Shown here in pieces: positions 36,601 to 49,783 of a stretch of 64,000 bases of DNA. The stretch spans positions 5,084,001-5,148,000 of the forward strand of contig NW_026262659.1 of assembly GCF_021869535.1 (NCBI RefSeq), written 5' to 3'. Made by a program: the position numbers and the translations under genes. The stretch's first letter is position 1, and each line of letters starts with the position of its first letter. Source of the stretch: Mytilus californianus (taxonomy: Eukaryota). Below the pieces are notes generated by a model that was not told where the DNA came from, searched no databases, and saw only the letters and a list, made by a program, of their open reading frames with translations.

Positions 36601-37987
36601 TACTTCTGCTTACAGTTAAAACTTCTTAATAGTGGTTTATATAAAACAATAATGTAAAGTTTGTTTCCTTTTGGAATTTCTACACAAGATAATTACAAAA
36701 CCTGTAAATGACATAAAAACAAGACTGCTATGACATAGCCAAATGTACCAGTGACTGAGTAAAGGGTTAGCATGCCGCAATAGGCTGAAGATGGTCAAAG
36801 TCCAATAACTCCATCAGAAATTGTTCAATCGTGTAGAAAAGATTCTCTTTTTTTTAAATCACTGATGAAAGCTTCTAATTCTCTTGATATGTAGATAATA
36901 AAATTAAAACAACATTCACTAACATTTTAATTTAAATAACATGAATTAATACTTATTTTTTTTTAATGTATAATTGTGGTTTTTATCAGTATTTTTGCCT
37001 GCTCATACGAACGATTGATTTTGTTACTTTTATCACAAAACGACTTTAATTACTATTTATCCCACTTCACCAGTTTACACACATTCCAATTTCTCATACA
37101 TTTATTTTCTGTTACATTCTATAATAGGTTATTTTATTTACAAAAGATAACGTTGTTAATGCCTTTTGATATAAAATAATATGAAATGAAATACCTAAGT
37201 ATTTACATGTATATCACTCAGACATCTCGTTTGATTCATTAGGTTGTGGACATTTGTAACTTCAATGGGAATATTATAGTTTTTAACACTTATATTTTTG
37301 TTTTGTGCTTGACAACAGTATGTTAATGCATTTATATATTCCATATATATTCTTTTTTTCATAAAGTTAAGAATATTATTTCTGATTATAAGCTGTAGTT
37401 TAAAATCTATTATTATCATCTCAATGAGAATGATATTAAAATAACCATTAGCAATGAATTTATAAATTAGCTCTGAGGCAGAGCCAATTAAAATGATTGA
37501 AAATTAATATTGTTACACATCCCTGCCCTTGTTCAACAGATATACAAACAATTGCCATTTTACCTCATTGACTAACTGTTGGTGATATTTTGTTTGACCT
37601 TTTTGATATAACATTGAGTTTATTGATATAGTAATAAATTAAAGTATAGCATGAATAACAGATATTCTAATAAATGAGAAATTATAATAAAAGTTGTTAG
37701 AGTATATATACATTATTCTTTTTGGTGAAATATTACCATGGCTATGTATTTCATAAATTCTCTTATATATCACAAAAAGATATGTTTTGGGAAGTACTAA
37801 TCTTCTTTTTTCATTGATTTTAATGTTGATCTTCTAAGTGAATTACAAAAATGACGTTCCTTAGCACTCAGGTAAACAATCTAGAGAAAGTTTTCAAATA
37901 CCCTGTTGAAAAATCCTTTTCTGTTCTTTTATTTTCTCTTGTTTATGAGTTATTGTATTTTATTTTTCCATTACAGACAATGAATGA
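21628..37987 (+). CDS. NEK1: NIMA-related kinase 1, C-terminal non-catalytic half (partial; kinase exons upstream of window)
   Basis: Phase-consistent GT-AG exons: 21628-21774, 23002-23292, 23966-24203, 24371-24437 (GLAVALTTGHFDIRNTG), 26375-26473 (LLRTCSEPDLSKL), 28803-28879, 29885-29961, 30554-30814, 31394-31530 (DLFSRLEESRAELEGHLGCDKFLKVYKTVQ), 32523-32655 ([31 protein letters not shown]), 37977-37987 (DNE*). These match the vertebrate NEK1 motifs as I recall them: [26 protein letters not shown] and the C-terminal ..[34 protein letters not shown]. Confidence 0.92.
24655..25545 (+). repeat. Minisatellite, 40-bp unit (about 22 copies) in a NEK1 intron
   Basis: Unit aatctcacatgttgtccatagttcaacaatctcaataa(a/t)t; 120-bp higher-order repeat visible at 25021-25260. 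Confidence 0.95.
25902..26112. mobile_element. MITE with TACTGT(A/T)AATTCAGAAATTATTGCG termini
   Basis: tactgttaattcagaaattattgcg ... cgcaataatttctgaatttacagta (25-bp near-perfect TIR). Confidence 0.8.
26676..28246 (+). mobile_element. HINE-like element of a second family, interrupted by a nested repeat at about 27182-27907
   Basis: Degenerate (ggc)n near the 5' end; internal repeats of cttgacctcattttcatggttcattggtcaa; 3' end caggcgagacatttcagcgtgtgcactcttgt. The core repeat breaks at ggtcaa|t (27181) and resumes at about 27908. Confidence 0.6.
27187..27907 (+). repeat. High-copy interspersed repeat; inverted copy at about 15760-16195, related shorter copies at about 13425-13700 and 28920-29150
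   Basis: Shared gtggtatgagtgccaatgagacaactctccatccaagtca..ataggtca..gctataaagggcccc..gaaacaatagtgtaacatcac sequence. Confidence 0.8.
29338..29604. mobile_element. piggyBac-like MITE (267 bp)
   Basis: TTAA|CCCGAATAATTCAGTC ... GACTGAATTATTCGGG|TTAA: a perfect 16-bp TIR with TTAA flanks. Confidence 0.85.
29911..30386 (+). repeat. 52-bp minisatellite made of a NEK1 exon 3' end plus its 5' splice site
   Basis: Unit gtgagtgaatgagaaaccatggctagtctgttactgagggaatgcagcacag; donor motifs at 29962, 30014, 30066, 30118, 30170, 30222, 30274 (gtcagt), 30326 and 30371. Confidence 0.95.
31812..32319 (+). mobile_element. Short HINE-like element
   Basis: T-run start, ggggact motif near both ends, (ctgt)n microsatellite, 3' end gcaatactcacagaatgcttgtt. 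Confidence 0.5.
33895..34976. mobile_element. Non-autonomous piggyBac-like element (1082 bp)
   Basis: TTAA|CCCTTAGACTGCT ... AGCAGTCTAAGGG|TTAA: a 13-bp TIR with TTAA on both sides. A subterminal direct repeat acgacaatagtcg(g/c)gcgtagcagt occurs twice. Confidence 0.85.
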
Positions 37988-40900
37988 AGACCATGAAAAG
38001 ACTGAATAATTCTAACTGTGATAAGAAGCATCTTTACAGCTCATACAACAGTATAAATACATTTATAAATAGGAATTCCATTCATGTGTGTACTGCTTTT
38101 ATTTGTGAAGAGAAAACTTTTGAGTTGCCTGTTTATATAAGTATATATGATTGTGAATTGTGAGAGAGTTGTACATCACACATATTTTGTTGTACATCAC
38201 ACATATTTTGTTGTTGTACATCACACATATTTTGTTGTATATTCATGCACATCTTTGTTTATTTGACACTAAGGAAACTTATTTCATAGTTATAAACCTG
38301 AGACATGGTTACATATTTGACATAGTAATTTGTTCCTCAATGGAACAAAAGAAAGATGAATGTCTGATAATAAATACAATTAACATTTCTGTTTATTTTA
38401 AAAGCCATTTCTTAGGCTATTTTTTCAATGACAAAAAAAAAAACAAAAAGAAATAGATATTTTTAGCAAGTTGTTTAGAGCTACATGATTTCTGTAGATA
38501 ATCAAACAGATCAAATAACCAGATCTAATTTTGATTGTTACAGCACATTTTGTAAAAACAAATACCAAGTATCAATATGGTAGCATGAGACATCCATGAA
38601 AAGTGGATTTTAATTATAATTAAAAGCATAATTAAGGTTCTACATAATTTAGAATCTGGTGATTGAAATATTATTTCCCCAATGACTAGCTAGTATACAG
38701 TGAAACCTATATAAATATTATTTCAATGATTAGCTAGTATACAGTGAAACTTATATAGATAAGTTAGTATTTGGAATTAAATGAAAATAACAGAAAATTA
38801 CATTCCATATTCTCTTTTTGTTTTGAATTACTCTTTTTGCATTTGTTAACAATTTATACATTCAAAAATATTGTCACAGTTTTCAATTATGTCCCCTTAT
38901 CCACAAAATTTGTATAGATTCATAAATTGTTGTAATATTTTACATCTTTGATTGAACAGAGAAATTTCTAGGGAGAATTGTGATATATTATTATTTGGGT
39001 TGTGATAATAGATTGAGTGTATTTGTATTTATCATTTTGTTTTTTTTTTGAGATAAGAAATATTTTCACTTCTCCGTCCAATTAATATATGAACTTTTTT
39101 ATTAATTGAGATCCAGCATTGTCTATTAATAAGTATTTTTGCTATATTAAACTCTTGAAAGAGTTTATACACATTTTATGTTGAAGTGTTATGAAAGTAA
39201 ACGTTAACCCCCTTTTTTTTTCTCCTTTTTTTTTTGCGTTAATGATGCAAAATCCCTATCTAGACTTTCACACAACTTTTCAGGATCAGATAACATTTAG
39301 CCCTTAATTTTCCTTTCAATTGCCAAGTTTAGCAATAATTTCTATAATTATTATTATTTGACACAACTTTTTGGAATTTTGGGTCCTCAATGCTCTTCAA
39401 CTTTGTACTTGTTTTGGATTTCTAAATATTTTGATCTGAGCGTCACTGATGAGTGTTTTGTAGACCAAACGCGCGTCTGGCGTTTCAAATTATAAGCCTG
39501 GTACCTTTGATAACTATTCTATAAGATTCCACAAATTGCAAATTAGAAAGGAAAACCTCTTGTTTATGCCAGCTTAGTCTTTTTAACGGAAGATGATGTG
39601 ATCATACCCAGCCAATACTGATGGACATATGTCTGACAAATAAATTGAAACAGTTTTTATTGGAAACTTTTAAACAACTGAATAGTTGAATGGTAGGACG
39701 TTGTTTGTCTTTTAGTTGTTTTTCACTTTCTCTTGATTATCATATCATTCCTTATGTCAACATACTTTCAATGTCAATAGTTGCCGTCCACTTTAATTTA
39801 TCCAAGATCTGTGTTTATAATATTATTATAGTATGTGTAGTATTTGTATTTATTGTATGTTGCTGTGCTTGTTTTGTACTTTTTTACATGGAAGGAATAC
39901 TGCCATGTTTTTTTGCTTATTTCTTTTAATGCTATATATTTGTGTATTATATACATGTAAATTGATTTCTAGATTTAAAATTTACTGAAGCTTTGATCCT
40001 TTCTTCAATGTTTTTTATGTGTTCAACAGATCATTTTATAAAGGAATACAAACAGTTCAGAAAAATGATTTATAATTGAAATTGGAAAACCTGCATCAAT
40101 CTTCATACGAAAAAATTATAACCATATATCAGATGAAATTTGTTATATTATTGTCAAATTAATGGCAAGCTGGAAAATTATGTCACTTTTGTATTTCGTT
40201 CCAGTTACATATCTGAGTGCTTTGCATTCAATGCCATAAATAGTTGTGATGATAATTCATGACTTCTGAAACAGGTTATTGTGAAATATGTAAAAAGATT
40301 TAAAATCACAGGTCTATAATAAAATCACGAAATGAATATATATTTGTTTTTAGTTTTCGTCAATATTGAATTTAGTTTTGTTATTAGTGTCCCCTTATGT
40401 GTATTGAATATGACCTGGCATTATTTTGAAGAAGTATTAAGCATAGTTAGACAAGTTCAAATATATTATAAAACTAAAATGTCATCAAATAATTTTTGTT
40501 GAAAATTACTTATTTCATATGCTGCATTATTCATGAAGAAAAAATCTAATGCAAAGGTTTAATCGTACATATAGCATTGTTATTTAAACATGATGCATCA
40601 GACCAAGTCCCAGATAAAACTGTATCAAGTTAAGCTCAGTTGAGACATTTTTTAATATCCTTCCCAGTTTTTTAGGACTTGAGATAGACAAAATTGATAC
40701 TGATGGAAACAACACAGACATTCAAAAAAAAAGTCAGAAAACTAAGGCAAAAAAGTACTGTGACTGCTTTAAACAAAACCTAGGTTTGACGTAAGGTTCT
40801 TTTAAGCTGCTACTCTAATTGTAGCTGTCATGTTGTTTATGGGGAGTAAGTTTCTTATTAGAAGCTATCACAATCACAGAAAAGAGGACAATATTGTGGC

Positions 40901-43900
40901 TACGATCCATTGAAACTCATGACAGATATTCTACCAAACTATCACAAAATATGTGGAGAGATGATAGGTAATACAAGCCCTGGAATATCATATTAACTGG
41001 GAGATATATACTCCATATGCAGGTACTACTGGAATGTTTCTACATTGAAATGAAACATTCATAATTGGTAAATCGTAATTATCTCTGTCATAAAGATAAC
41101 TTTCAAACATCCCTCCTTGTCAATTTTAAGGTCTTAGTGAATGTATTTACTTAACTGTATCTGTAGTATCCTGTATTTAAAGTAAGATGTGATGGACACT
41201 CATCAAAGATACCAGGCTTATAATTTGGCACGCCAGAAACACGTCCCATCTACATAAAGACTCATCAGTGACACTTGAATAATAACGATTGGAAGACCAA
41301 GTCAAATATGAAGGTGAAGATGCGATCAACTTAGTCACCAAACTGAACGAACCAGACAAAGGAAATTATTTCTGTAGTGGGACGTTAACTATAATTCCTT
41401 TCATTCTCCATGAGAAGCACCTACATAAATCTGTCTTTTACAAAAAAAGGAACAAACTGGTTAGGAGAGTAGCACAATTGGTTGTCTTAGGAATGTTTTC
41501 AGACTCTTGAAAACCAGGTCGCCCAACATACTTGTTCATTTAAAAACCAAGCATTTTGATAAGGCCCTTTTCAGAGGGCTTTGTTGAAATAATGTTTTTT
41601 GACAGTTTGATTTACCCTTTCTAAAACAAGATATATTTATCTTAGTTTGCATTTCTTTTTTTCGTGAAACAAAATTGGACTAAATCGTTCAATCTTTATT
41701 TGAAGAATTGGGACTATTTGTGTAATGAGATTGAAGTCAGTTAAACTACTAGTGTTAAACAAGGAAAGCGACGTGATTATATATATATATGTGCTGTAAC
41801 AGAGCTTTGATTCACACTGCCCATAGGGTAGATTGATTTATCAAAAAAAAAAAGATAATAAATCCTCTCAAACTGAATGCAATAGTGATATATCATTTTT
41901 TTGTGTTCAACACCATACCTGAGAATATGATTTGAAATTATGCACTGAACCCTTCCAGTCTTTTCTTTAGTGATTTCGGTGACTTTATCAGAACAACCTT
42001 AGAAGAAGTACACTTTTTCTCTGACTTTCCTGAGCTGAAAGGAGTGATTTTAAAAAGGAAAATAATTCTGGTAATGTTTTAGTGAAATAATTTTTAAAAG
42101 ATGTTCTACGTATTGTATCGTCTCTCTAAAAAAATATAGAATTGTTTCTGAACAAAAATTTACATTTTGGGCAAAAATCACTTATCCCAAGTTCAGATAG
42201 TTGGTTGTCTTGAATTGTCTGCCAGGAGTTGGTATTAAGAAAAATATTCAATTTGCTAAAACAAAAAGTTGGCTGAATCACGGCACCGACGATGCTTTGA
42301 TTTAATTCTGAGTTCTATTTTATGATTTGAAAGAGGTTTGGGATGTCTTTCAGTGGTTGAAGTGGAAGTATACATTGTAAAGGCAAAAGCGAGAAGAGGT
42401 CGGAGAGAAATCAGACAGCACCATGAACAAAAAGAAAAAACGACGAAAAGACAAACAACAGTCCACAAAACACAACACCAGAAAACTAACGATTGAGCAA
42501 CACCATCCTCACCAAAAACATAGTGCTAATTCATGTGCTCCGGAAGAGTCATTCGTTTCTGCTCTCCTTGCTTGTGTAAATTGTCGTATTACTCGTGTTA
42601 CAATAAGCCGACGAGTCATACATCCGGCGATAAGGCATAAGACGAGCGCATTGATAAATGAATTTTAGCTAGACCTTAGAAATCACTACACTCATAAACC
42701 ATCTGTGAGATATATTATACTTGTATGATCCTTTTACATGAAAGAATGTGAAACTTTGAAATGAAAACACGGTTTTTCCAGAATAATTGATATATAAAAC
42801 AGTTACTGATAGAAGCAACACAGTTGTCAATGCTCTTCAACTTCTTACATTATTTGGAATTTTTAACATTTTGATTCAAGCGTCACTGACGAGTCTTTTG
42901 CAGACGAAACGCGCGTCTGGCGTACAAAATTGTAATCCTGGTATCTATGATGAGTTCCTTTACAGACAATCATAAATAAAACGGCACAAAATACAACAAT
43001 GTAAACTAAAGCTAAAACACCACGAACCCCTTTGCTACAATGCTAGGGTAAACACTGTTTCTCAGGAAGGATAAGCAGTACTTTATCCACTAGGTAACCC
43101 GTCTTGTTACTCATTGCAAGTAAACAATTATGTGATTAGTCGCCATTGGTGATATCACCATCGAGAAAAAAGAGGACAGGATTGTGGTTACGACAATTGA
43201 GATAAACTGTGGTCATCTGTGACACAGATATACTATAACGATTTAAAAATCTATTTGGCGTAGGTCGAAGATAAATTGAAAACCCCATGACAAACAAGTC
43301 CACTAAACACTACATACAAAACTTAGACAATAACACGTGACATAAACCTATTATTTCAAATTATGTATTTAATTGCGTCAATGTATATGCAGCTATTCTA
43401 TATCAAGGAAATCATGCTATGAAGTATAGACCCTATCTAAATTTCATGTAAGAACATCAAAGCAGGAAAAAACCAAAGAATGCTTATTAACACTAGATAG
43501 TGATGAAGAAGTGTTATCAGTTTGTTTGAAACTGTTCCTATTTTATTCCTACTTGAATCTCAACTTACTAGTTTAATATATTTTTATATCTGATACAATA
43601 TTGCGCTTAGGTACACAAAAGTGATTTTGAATTATTTGTGATGTATTCGGTGTTAACTGCTTGAACTAAATCAATTACTTTTTAAGTAAAGTTTGTGCAT
43701 GCTAAATCTAAATGCAACGTACAGAATAATCTATGTTCTATGTTTAACGCACGAACTTTACAACGTGATAATCTTTATATGATTTGCATATCTTCAAATC
43801 GGATTGGTCCGTTAGAATATGTTCCTTTAGTTTACGCTTCGATAGACAATGTTGCCAAAACTACTATCGTAACCTTCACTGTGATCTATTCATGCGCGAT

Positions 43901-44635
43901 ACCCATGCAAGCGATCCAGGGGTTCCAAGCAAATTGAGATAGAAAAAGTAACTGTTATTTCTATTCCAATGCATACCAAAAAGAAAATATGTATTTAAGC
44001 TTGGAAAATGTATAGCTTTAAAATAAAATAAATTTCGCGAAATTTCATAAATTATATTGGCGCATTAACGTCATGAGAAAACATGACGTCATACACATGA
44101 AAACTTTCAAACTGACGGTTATTTCGTTATTTGTACGCGCTTCAAATTCGGATAATATGTTATCAAAATGAAGTTTTGAGGTAGGTGGGATTTAATTTTA
44201 GATTGTATTGCATTTATCGAACATTTATGGATTTCATTCAATATGGAGGCTTACTCCTGAGTCACGACATGTCAATTTTCCATTTGATGGTGATTAGAAG
44301 CCAATGAACAAAACATTGTTAGTTAAAAAATGCAAATGTTTGGGTTTAGAATTATAAGGATTAACAAACCTTACAGAAAAGTCCTTCGAACTTTTTATTC
44401 AGTTTTTTAGTTAATTGTCCCAGTTTACACATCAATAACTTCTAGAAAAAATGTGTTTAATCCTATATTATTTTCAGTCTTTTTCATTGCACCAATTTTT
44501 TATTTAACTTCATCCGACATGAACACTCAAACGTTTAGGAAAGGGGAGACAATTTTAATAATTCCCTTTACATGTATTATTTAATGTTCACTGTAAAAAA
44601 CATTCTAAAAATAGTGTTCGCCTTCTTAGCGTTAA

Positions 44636-47600
44636 CCCTTACTATGCCGCAGAGCCTATATTTACAGTCGGAAAGCTGACCCCGGTTTGACCCCATTTCT
44701 TAAAGCAACAATGGAAGTCATGTGATTACCATATATGGGCATTTTTTTACCAAAAAAAGTGAAGCCCGGTTTTTGGAATTTGTAGTTTTTTGCATGAATT
44801 AAAACTAATTTGCTTTTAAGTGAACATTCTTGAGTATATAAGAAATATATTGATCCACTCAATTATGGATTAAACTAATTTTTTCTCTCAAAATGTGTCC
44901 TCAAAGTCTAGGTGTTGACCAAAAAAATCGGTCACTGGAAATTAAAATCGTAATTTTCTTTCTTAACTTCTCGGGAAGCTATGCTGAATTTAAATTATGT
45001 TATGTAACATAACTTTGACTATGATATGTCAAATTTGTGCCACTTAATACGCTGTAATACGCAAATGTGCCACTTCGATGTGTCGATATTTCTGACGAAG
45101 CGGGGCCGATAGTAATTTACGAGTTACGTCCCTTTGTTTGACACTCTCAGGATCAAACTATTATTATATTAAGCACCATATGCTGTTATTTACATGAGGA
45201 TATTATAAAAATAATTTTATTGAATATATTTTGATACTAAAGACATGTGCAAAAAAAATAGCGAAACACATTTTATCACTTTTCAGAACTCAGTCTCAGT
45301 GAAATACTCAAATAGGCCCTATGTCAGTATGTGCCATAATATTATTATTCCAAGAGTTAATTTAATAATTATATCGTGTATTTTGGTAAGTATTTATACT
45401 GCTGTAACCAAATTATTTCAACACAGAAATAAATTTTTACTTTAATCATACAAGGGGTAGCCAAAATATTCATGAATAATGGATCAAGACAGGATTAAAA
45501 TGATTAAATACAGGAACTCCTTTTCATTACTGATACCTGATCCTACCTTTTTCATTTAAACTTAAACGAGACCATAATGAAAGTATTCTGAATGTAAGTT
45601 CTTCATTATTTGAAATAAAAGGAAATTAGTTTGCAATTCTTGTATGAACAAACTAAATATAACAAGAATTTTGTCTCACTGATTCCATGCAGATTCTAAT
45701 GAATGGACTCAAATTATAAAAAAAAACACTAAACCAATAAATAAATGGTTCTAATCATGAACTTGAAAATAGATAAGAACAAAAAAGACTGGGTCTAATA
45801 TTTTTCTTCTTCTATTTAATTTTTTTTAACAATTATGCATTTTTATATTTATAATAAAGTATTTCAGAGCAGATTCTGAGTGCTAAGTCAACAATATGAT
45901 TATGTTTTAGATCACAAGTCATAAGTAAGTCACACTTCATGTCAGTATGAACATGCTTTGAATAAGGGTGATTAAAATGCTAGTCTGAAAGAGATTGTTT
46001 TAAGTTCATATTTAGGACAAGACTTTTTCATTTACCTTTGGCAGTTTTGCAGGATTACTTGATCATCACAATTTTTTTTATAATATTATAAACAATGAAT
46101 TAGTTTTGGTTAAGGTTGTGTAAAGACAGTATACTATACGATTTCCTTACCTTGTTTTAGTTAAGTCAAACAATTCACTGACTTAAAGAGAATAATTAAT
46201 CCAGTCAAATATTCACAGCTGAACTCGCCATTGCTTTTTCAAACAAACATACTAAATGTGTGTACATTGTGTAAAGATGCAAGTTGACATCGATGTGTAA
46301 GATAAAAAACTACAACGTCAAAAAATGTCCTTCGTTTGGAATTTAGTTCGAACGGGGTTTCCTAAGGGGTGATAGAACGTTAGACTTGATTTTTGTTTTA
46401 ACTTTGAGATACTTATTATTATTTTTTATATAGTTTGTATATTCTTTGTTTATCTGGAAAAAAAAAGAAGAAAAAAATAACAGACAATTTCGCATAATTC
46501 TTAAACGACGATCAAAGGAATTACGTTATTTTTAAAAGACGGACAATTTATAACATGTTTAAGTATTATTTTCTTTGATAATAAGAACCATGCTTGAAAA
46601 ATCGAAAGAAATCTATTTCTGACCCTAATGACAAGTAAGAAACAGAAAAAAGAAAAAATTCCAAATTGGCGCCAAATTATTTTTTGCGCGAAATTAACGC
46701 AATTTCAGAATGGCGGGTTTTACTATCAGTCCCATTGTTGTCTTAAGAAAGTAGCAACAACGGTCGTTTCTAAGGGCTTGCTTTCCGACTGTTAGGCTTT
46801 CTGTACTCCTTTCAAATGCCAACGGTCTTTATTTAGGCTTGGCAACGGTTGCCTATTTCGTCTGTTCTGTAACAATGCACTTTACGTCATAGTTGAAAAG
46901 AGGCAAACAAAGAGGCTCTACACGGGGTACATATGCAATTGCAATGCAGGAATATCATTGTTTATTGCATTGGCAAGACTTGCCACTTTTGCCGTCATCT
47001 GATTATGACGTTATCATAAAATAGGACGTCATAACTATAGGCAGCACCGAACAAAAATGGCAGCAAACGCTTGGTTCAGAATCACCACCAGAACCAGATG
47101 AAGACCTAGACCAATTGAGGACTAAGAACAAAAAACATGCCTAGACGAACTTCCGAGCCTGTAGCCTATTTTTACTTAATGTTTAGCATCAGTCTTCTCA
47201 AGAAAGTAGTCAAAGAAACAAACAGGTAACTACATGTATAAACTTCAACACATCTGACATTTAAAAAAATACATTTTAATATTTTATACCCGTATTATTC
47301 AATTAAATAATTTCAAATTGACCATATAAATCTACCGGCGAAATAAAAGAAGAAAAACGTGAATGTCCGCCACGGCGAGGTCCGTTGAACTGGTCCGGCA
47401 TGAAGGATCATGCGCAAAGTATTATCCATCTACTATTAAATTTGTAACCGATCGTATTTTGGAAATTATTTATATCAATTTCTACTGGGTCAATCTATAA
47501 TGACAAAAAGTCAGCTCAGTGCATATGAAGTCAAACTTGTAAACAAATCTTGCTGTCAATCTCTTTAAATGTAGATTTTGTGCATTTACTTAAATGATTA

Positions 47601-49694
47601 CCTTTGTGCATTCATATTTTTTTTTTTTTCTGTGAATTACAAAATTGTAAAACCCTGAACGCTGTCGAGAAAAAGTACTTAAAATACGCAATTAAGCCTA
47701 ATTAAAATTAAATAACTTTAAGCTTTTATTCGCGCGACGTATCAGAACAAAAGCAATTAAAGTATTTTCTTTTTTTATTAGATTGCAAAATATGTGTACT
47801 TAAATATTTATATCATATTCAAGATTTGAGCACCAGTCATTGCCTGTGCATTTGGAATAAACTAGTCATGTTTTGTAGGTATGCGAATCAGGTAATACAG
47901 AAAAAGATAAGAGAGAATACTTACCATGCTTCCTCCCGTCTTAGGTTGTGGACAAAATTCGGCAAACTAACACTTACAGAACTGAAAGGATTTTTGGCAA
48001 CAATTTTCAATATGGGTATTATTAGGAAACCAACTATCGCAATGTATTGGGTAAAGAGAAGTAGTCAGTCAACAATATGGTTTAGGAAAATATTTTCTAG
48101 GAATCGCTTCCAATTGATTCTCCGTTTTTTTCATCTAGTTGACAACCGCAAAACGCCACAGAGGAACTCCGAGCACTATAATCCTGCTGCCTGGTTTAAA
48201 CCCCTTGTTGATCACGCAAACATGCAATCTAAACGATACTATACACCCAACAGAGAACTGTCTATCGATGAATCTCTTGTCGGAACAAAGGCTAGAACTG
48301 TTATGACACAGTACATACCGACTAAAGCCCACAAATTTGGAATTAAGTTATGGATGCTCGTGGAAGCTACATCAGGATATATAATTCATTTTTTACCTTA
48401 CCGCGGAAAGCGTTATGACCCCGTACCGGCTGATGATACACAAGGAAGTCATATAGTAAAAAAATTAATGACAGAAGCCAACTTATTAAACAAGAATTAT
48501 CACATCTTCTGTGATAATTTTTTCACATCTATTCCGCTTGTAAGGCACCTAAGAACGCTCAGAACTTATTTTACCGGAACCCTCCGTGCGAACCGTCAAA
48601 TGCCGCAGTTACTCCGGAACCCTCAGCTGCGGGAGAACGAGTCTCTATTTATTCGCCAAAGAGAACTCATGTGCGTTGCCTATAAAGAAAGGCAAAACCG
48701 CAAAACGGTCCGCTTCGTCACATCTGCTGTAAAAGCTTCTGCACCGGCACACGGACATAAACCAGTTGTATCCTCCATTTACAGCAAAAACATGGGTGGA
48801 GTTGACTTAAATGATATGATGAGTGGCATATATGATGATAAGAGAAAAACAAAAACAATGTGGAAAAGGCTTGCAATCAACATTTTTCACCGAATGGTAC
48901 TAAACGCTTACATACTATAAACAAAAAACACTGACGGAAAATTACTTTCAAGGTTAGAGTTTATTCAATCGGTTATTGACGCCCTCGCAACTGAACAAAT
49001 AGAACACAGACAACATAGGGATAGAAATGCACAAGCCGCACACCAACCGCAGAGGATCGAGAAACTAGTAAGAGGGAAACAAAAGAATTGTAAAGTTTGC
49101 TCTAGATTTAATCAACGCCGTAGGGCAAGTACTAAATGCGCCAGATGCAACAAAGGTCTTCACGGAACGTGTTTCCATAGACATAATTGTGAAGAATAGA
49201 AATAAATAAAATATTCGGTTTTTATCTCAGTTTATATACATGAATTTCATTTATTTTCAGAACCCCAAACACTAATCATAGATTACTGAGTCCTAATGAT
49301 ACACGTTCAAAATCAACATACTTCTACAATTATCCAGAAATATGCAATGAAAACTTATTCATTTTAAAATAGGATCAATTTCAATGAGACAAACATAATA
49401 ATTTAAATCTAACTAATAAACTTTTATTTGGTGATTTCCATTTGAAAACATATTCATAATTTAGCGCTTCGAATCACTATTGAACCCCTCAAATACGTAG
49501 GACTTCTATTTTTGTCAGCTGCGCTAGAGACTAACACGTTGAAAACCCCAAATCACAGTCCATTCTGTAGAAACCTCCATCTGTGCCCCTCTCCGTGACG
49601 TTCCCTCATTGTCGACGTCATAAGCGGTACAGTTGCAATTTTAATGCCTAAATCTGCCTTGGCAAAACATAGAATTGCTGTGGCATTGAAAGGA
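44636..49694 (+). mobile_element. piggyBac DNA transposon carrying the transposase above (ends uncertain)
   Basis: Candidate left end TTAA|CCCTTACTATGCCGCAG at 44636; candidate right end, reverse-complemented, TCCTTTCAATGCCACAG at 49694 (13/17 match, no right TTAA). An alternative left end TCCTTTCAAATGCCA at 46807 matches the right end better but lacks TTAA. Confidence 0.45.
47057..49199 (+). pseudogene. piggyBac transposase, intron-containing, disrupted
   Basis: DDD motifs SIDESLV, FCDNFFTS and MGGVDLND lie in ORF 47826-48920. An upstream exon (..EPVAYFYLMFSISLLKKVVKETN R) joins YANQ across a GT-AG intron at 47226-47878. After an in-frame TAA (48918-48920) the frame continues to a Cys/His-rich C-terminal domain (CKVC..CARCNKGLHGTCFHRHNC, stop 49197-49199). 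The N-terminal exon is frameshifted. Confidence 0.9.
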
Positions 49695-49783
49695 TTCTGC
49701 TCACACATTGTTGTCAATATAATGGAATTCTATACGACTGTCATACAAGTGAGAAGTTTAGCTAGCTATAAAACCAGGCCTAA

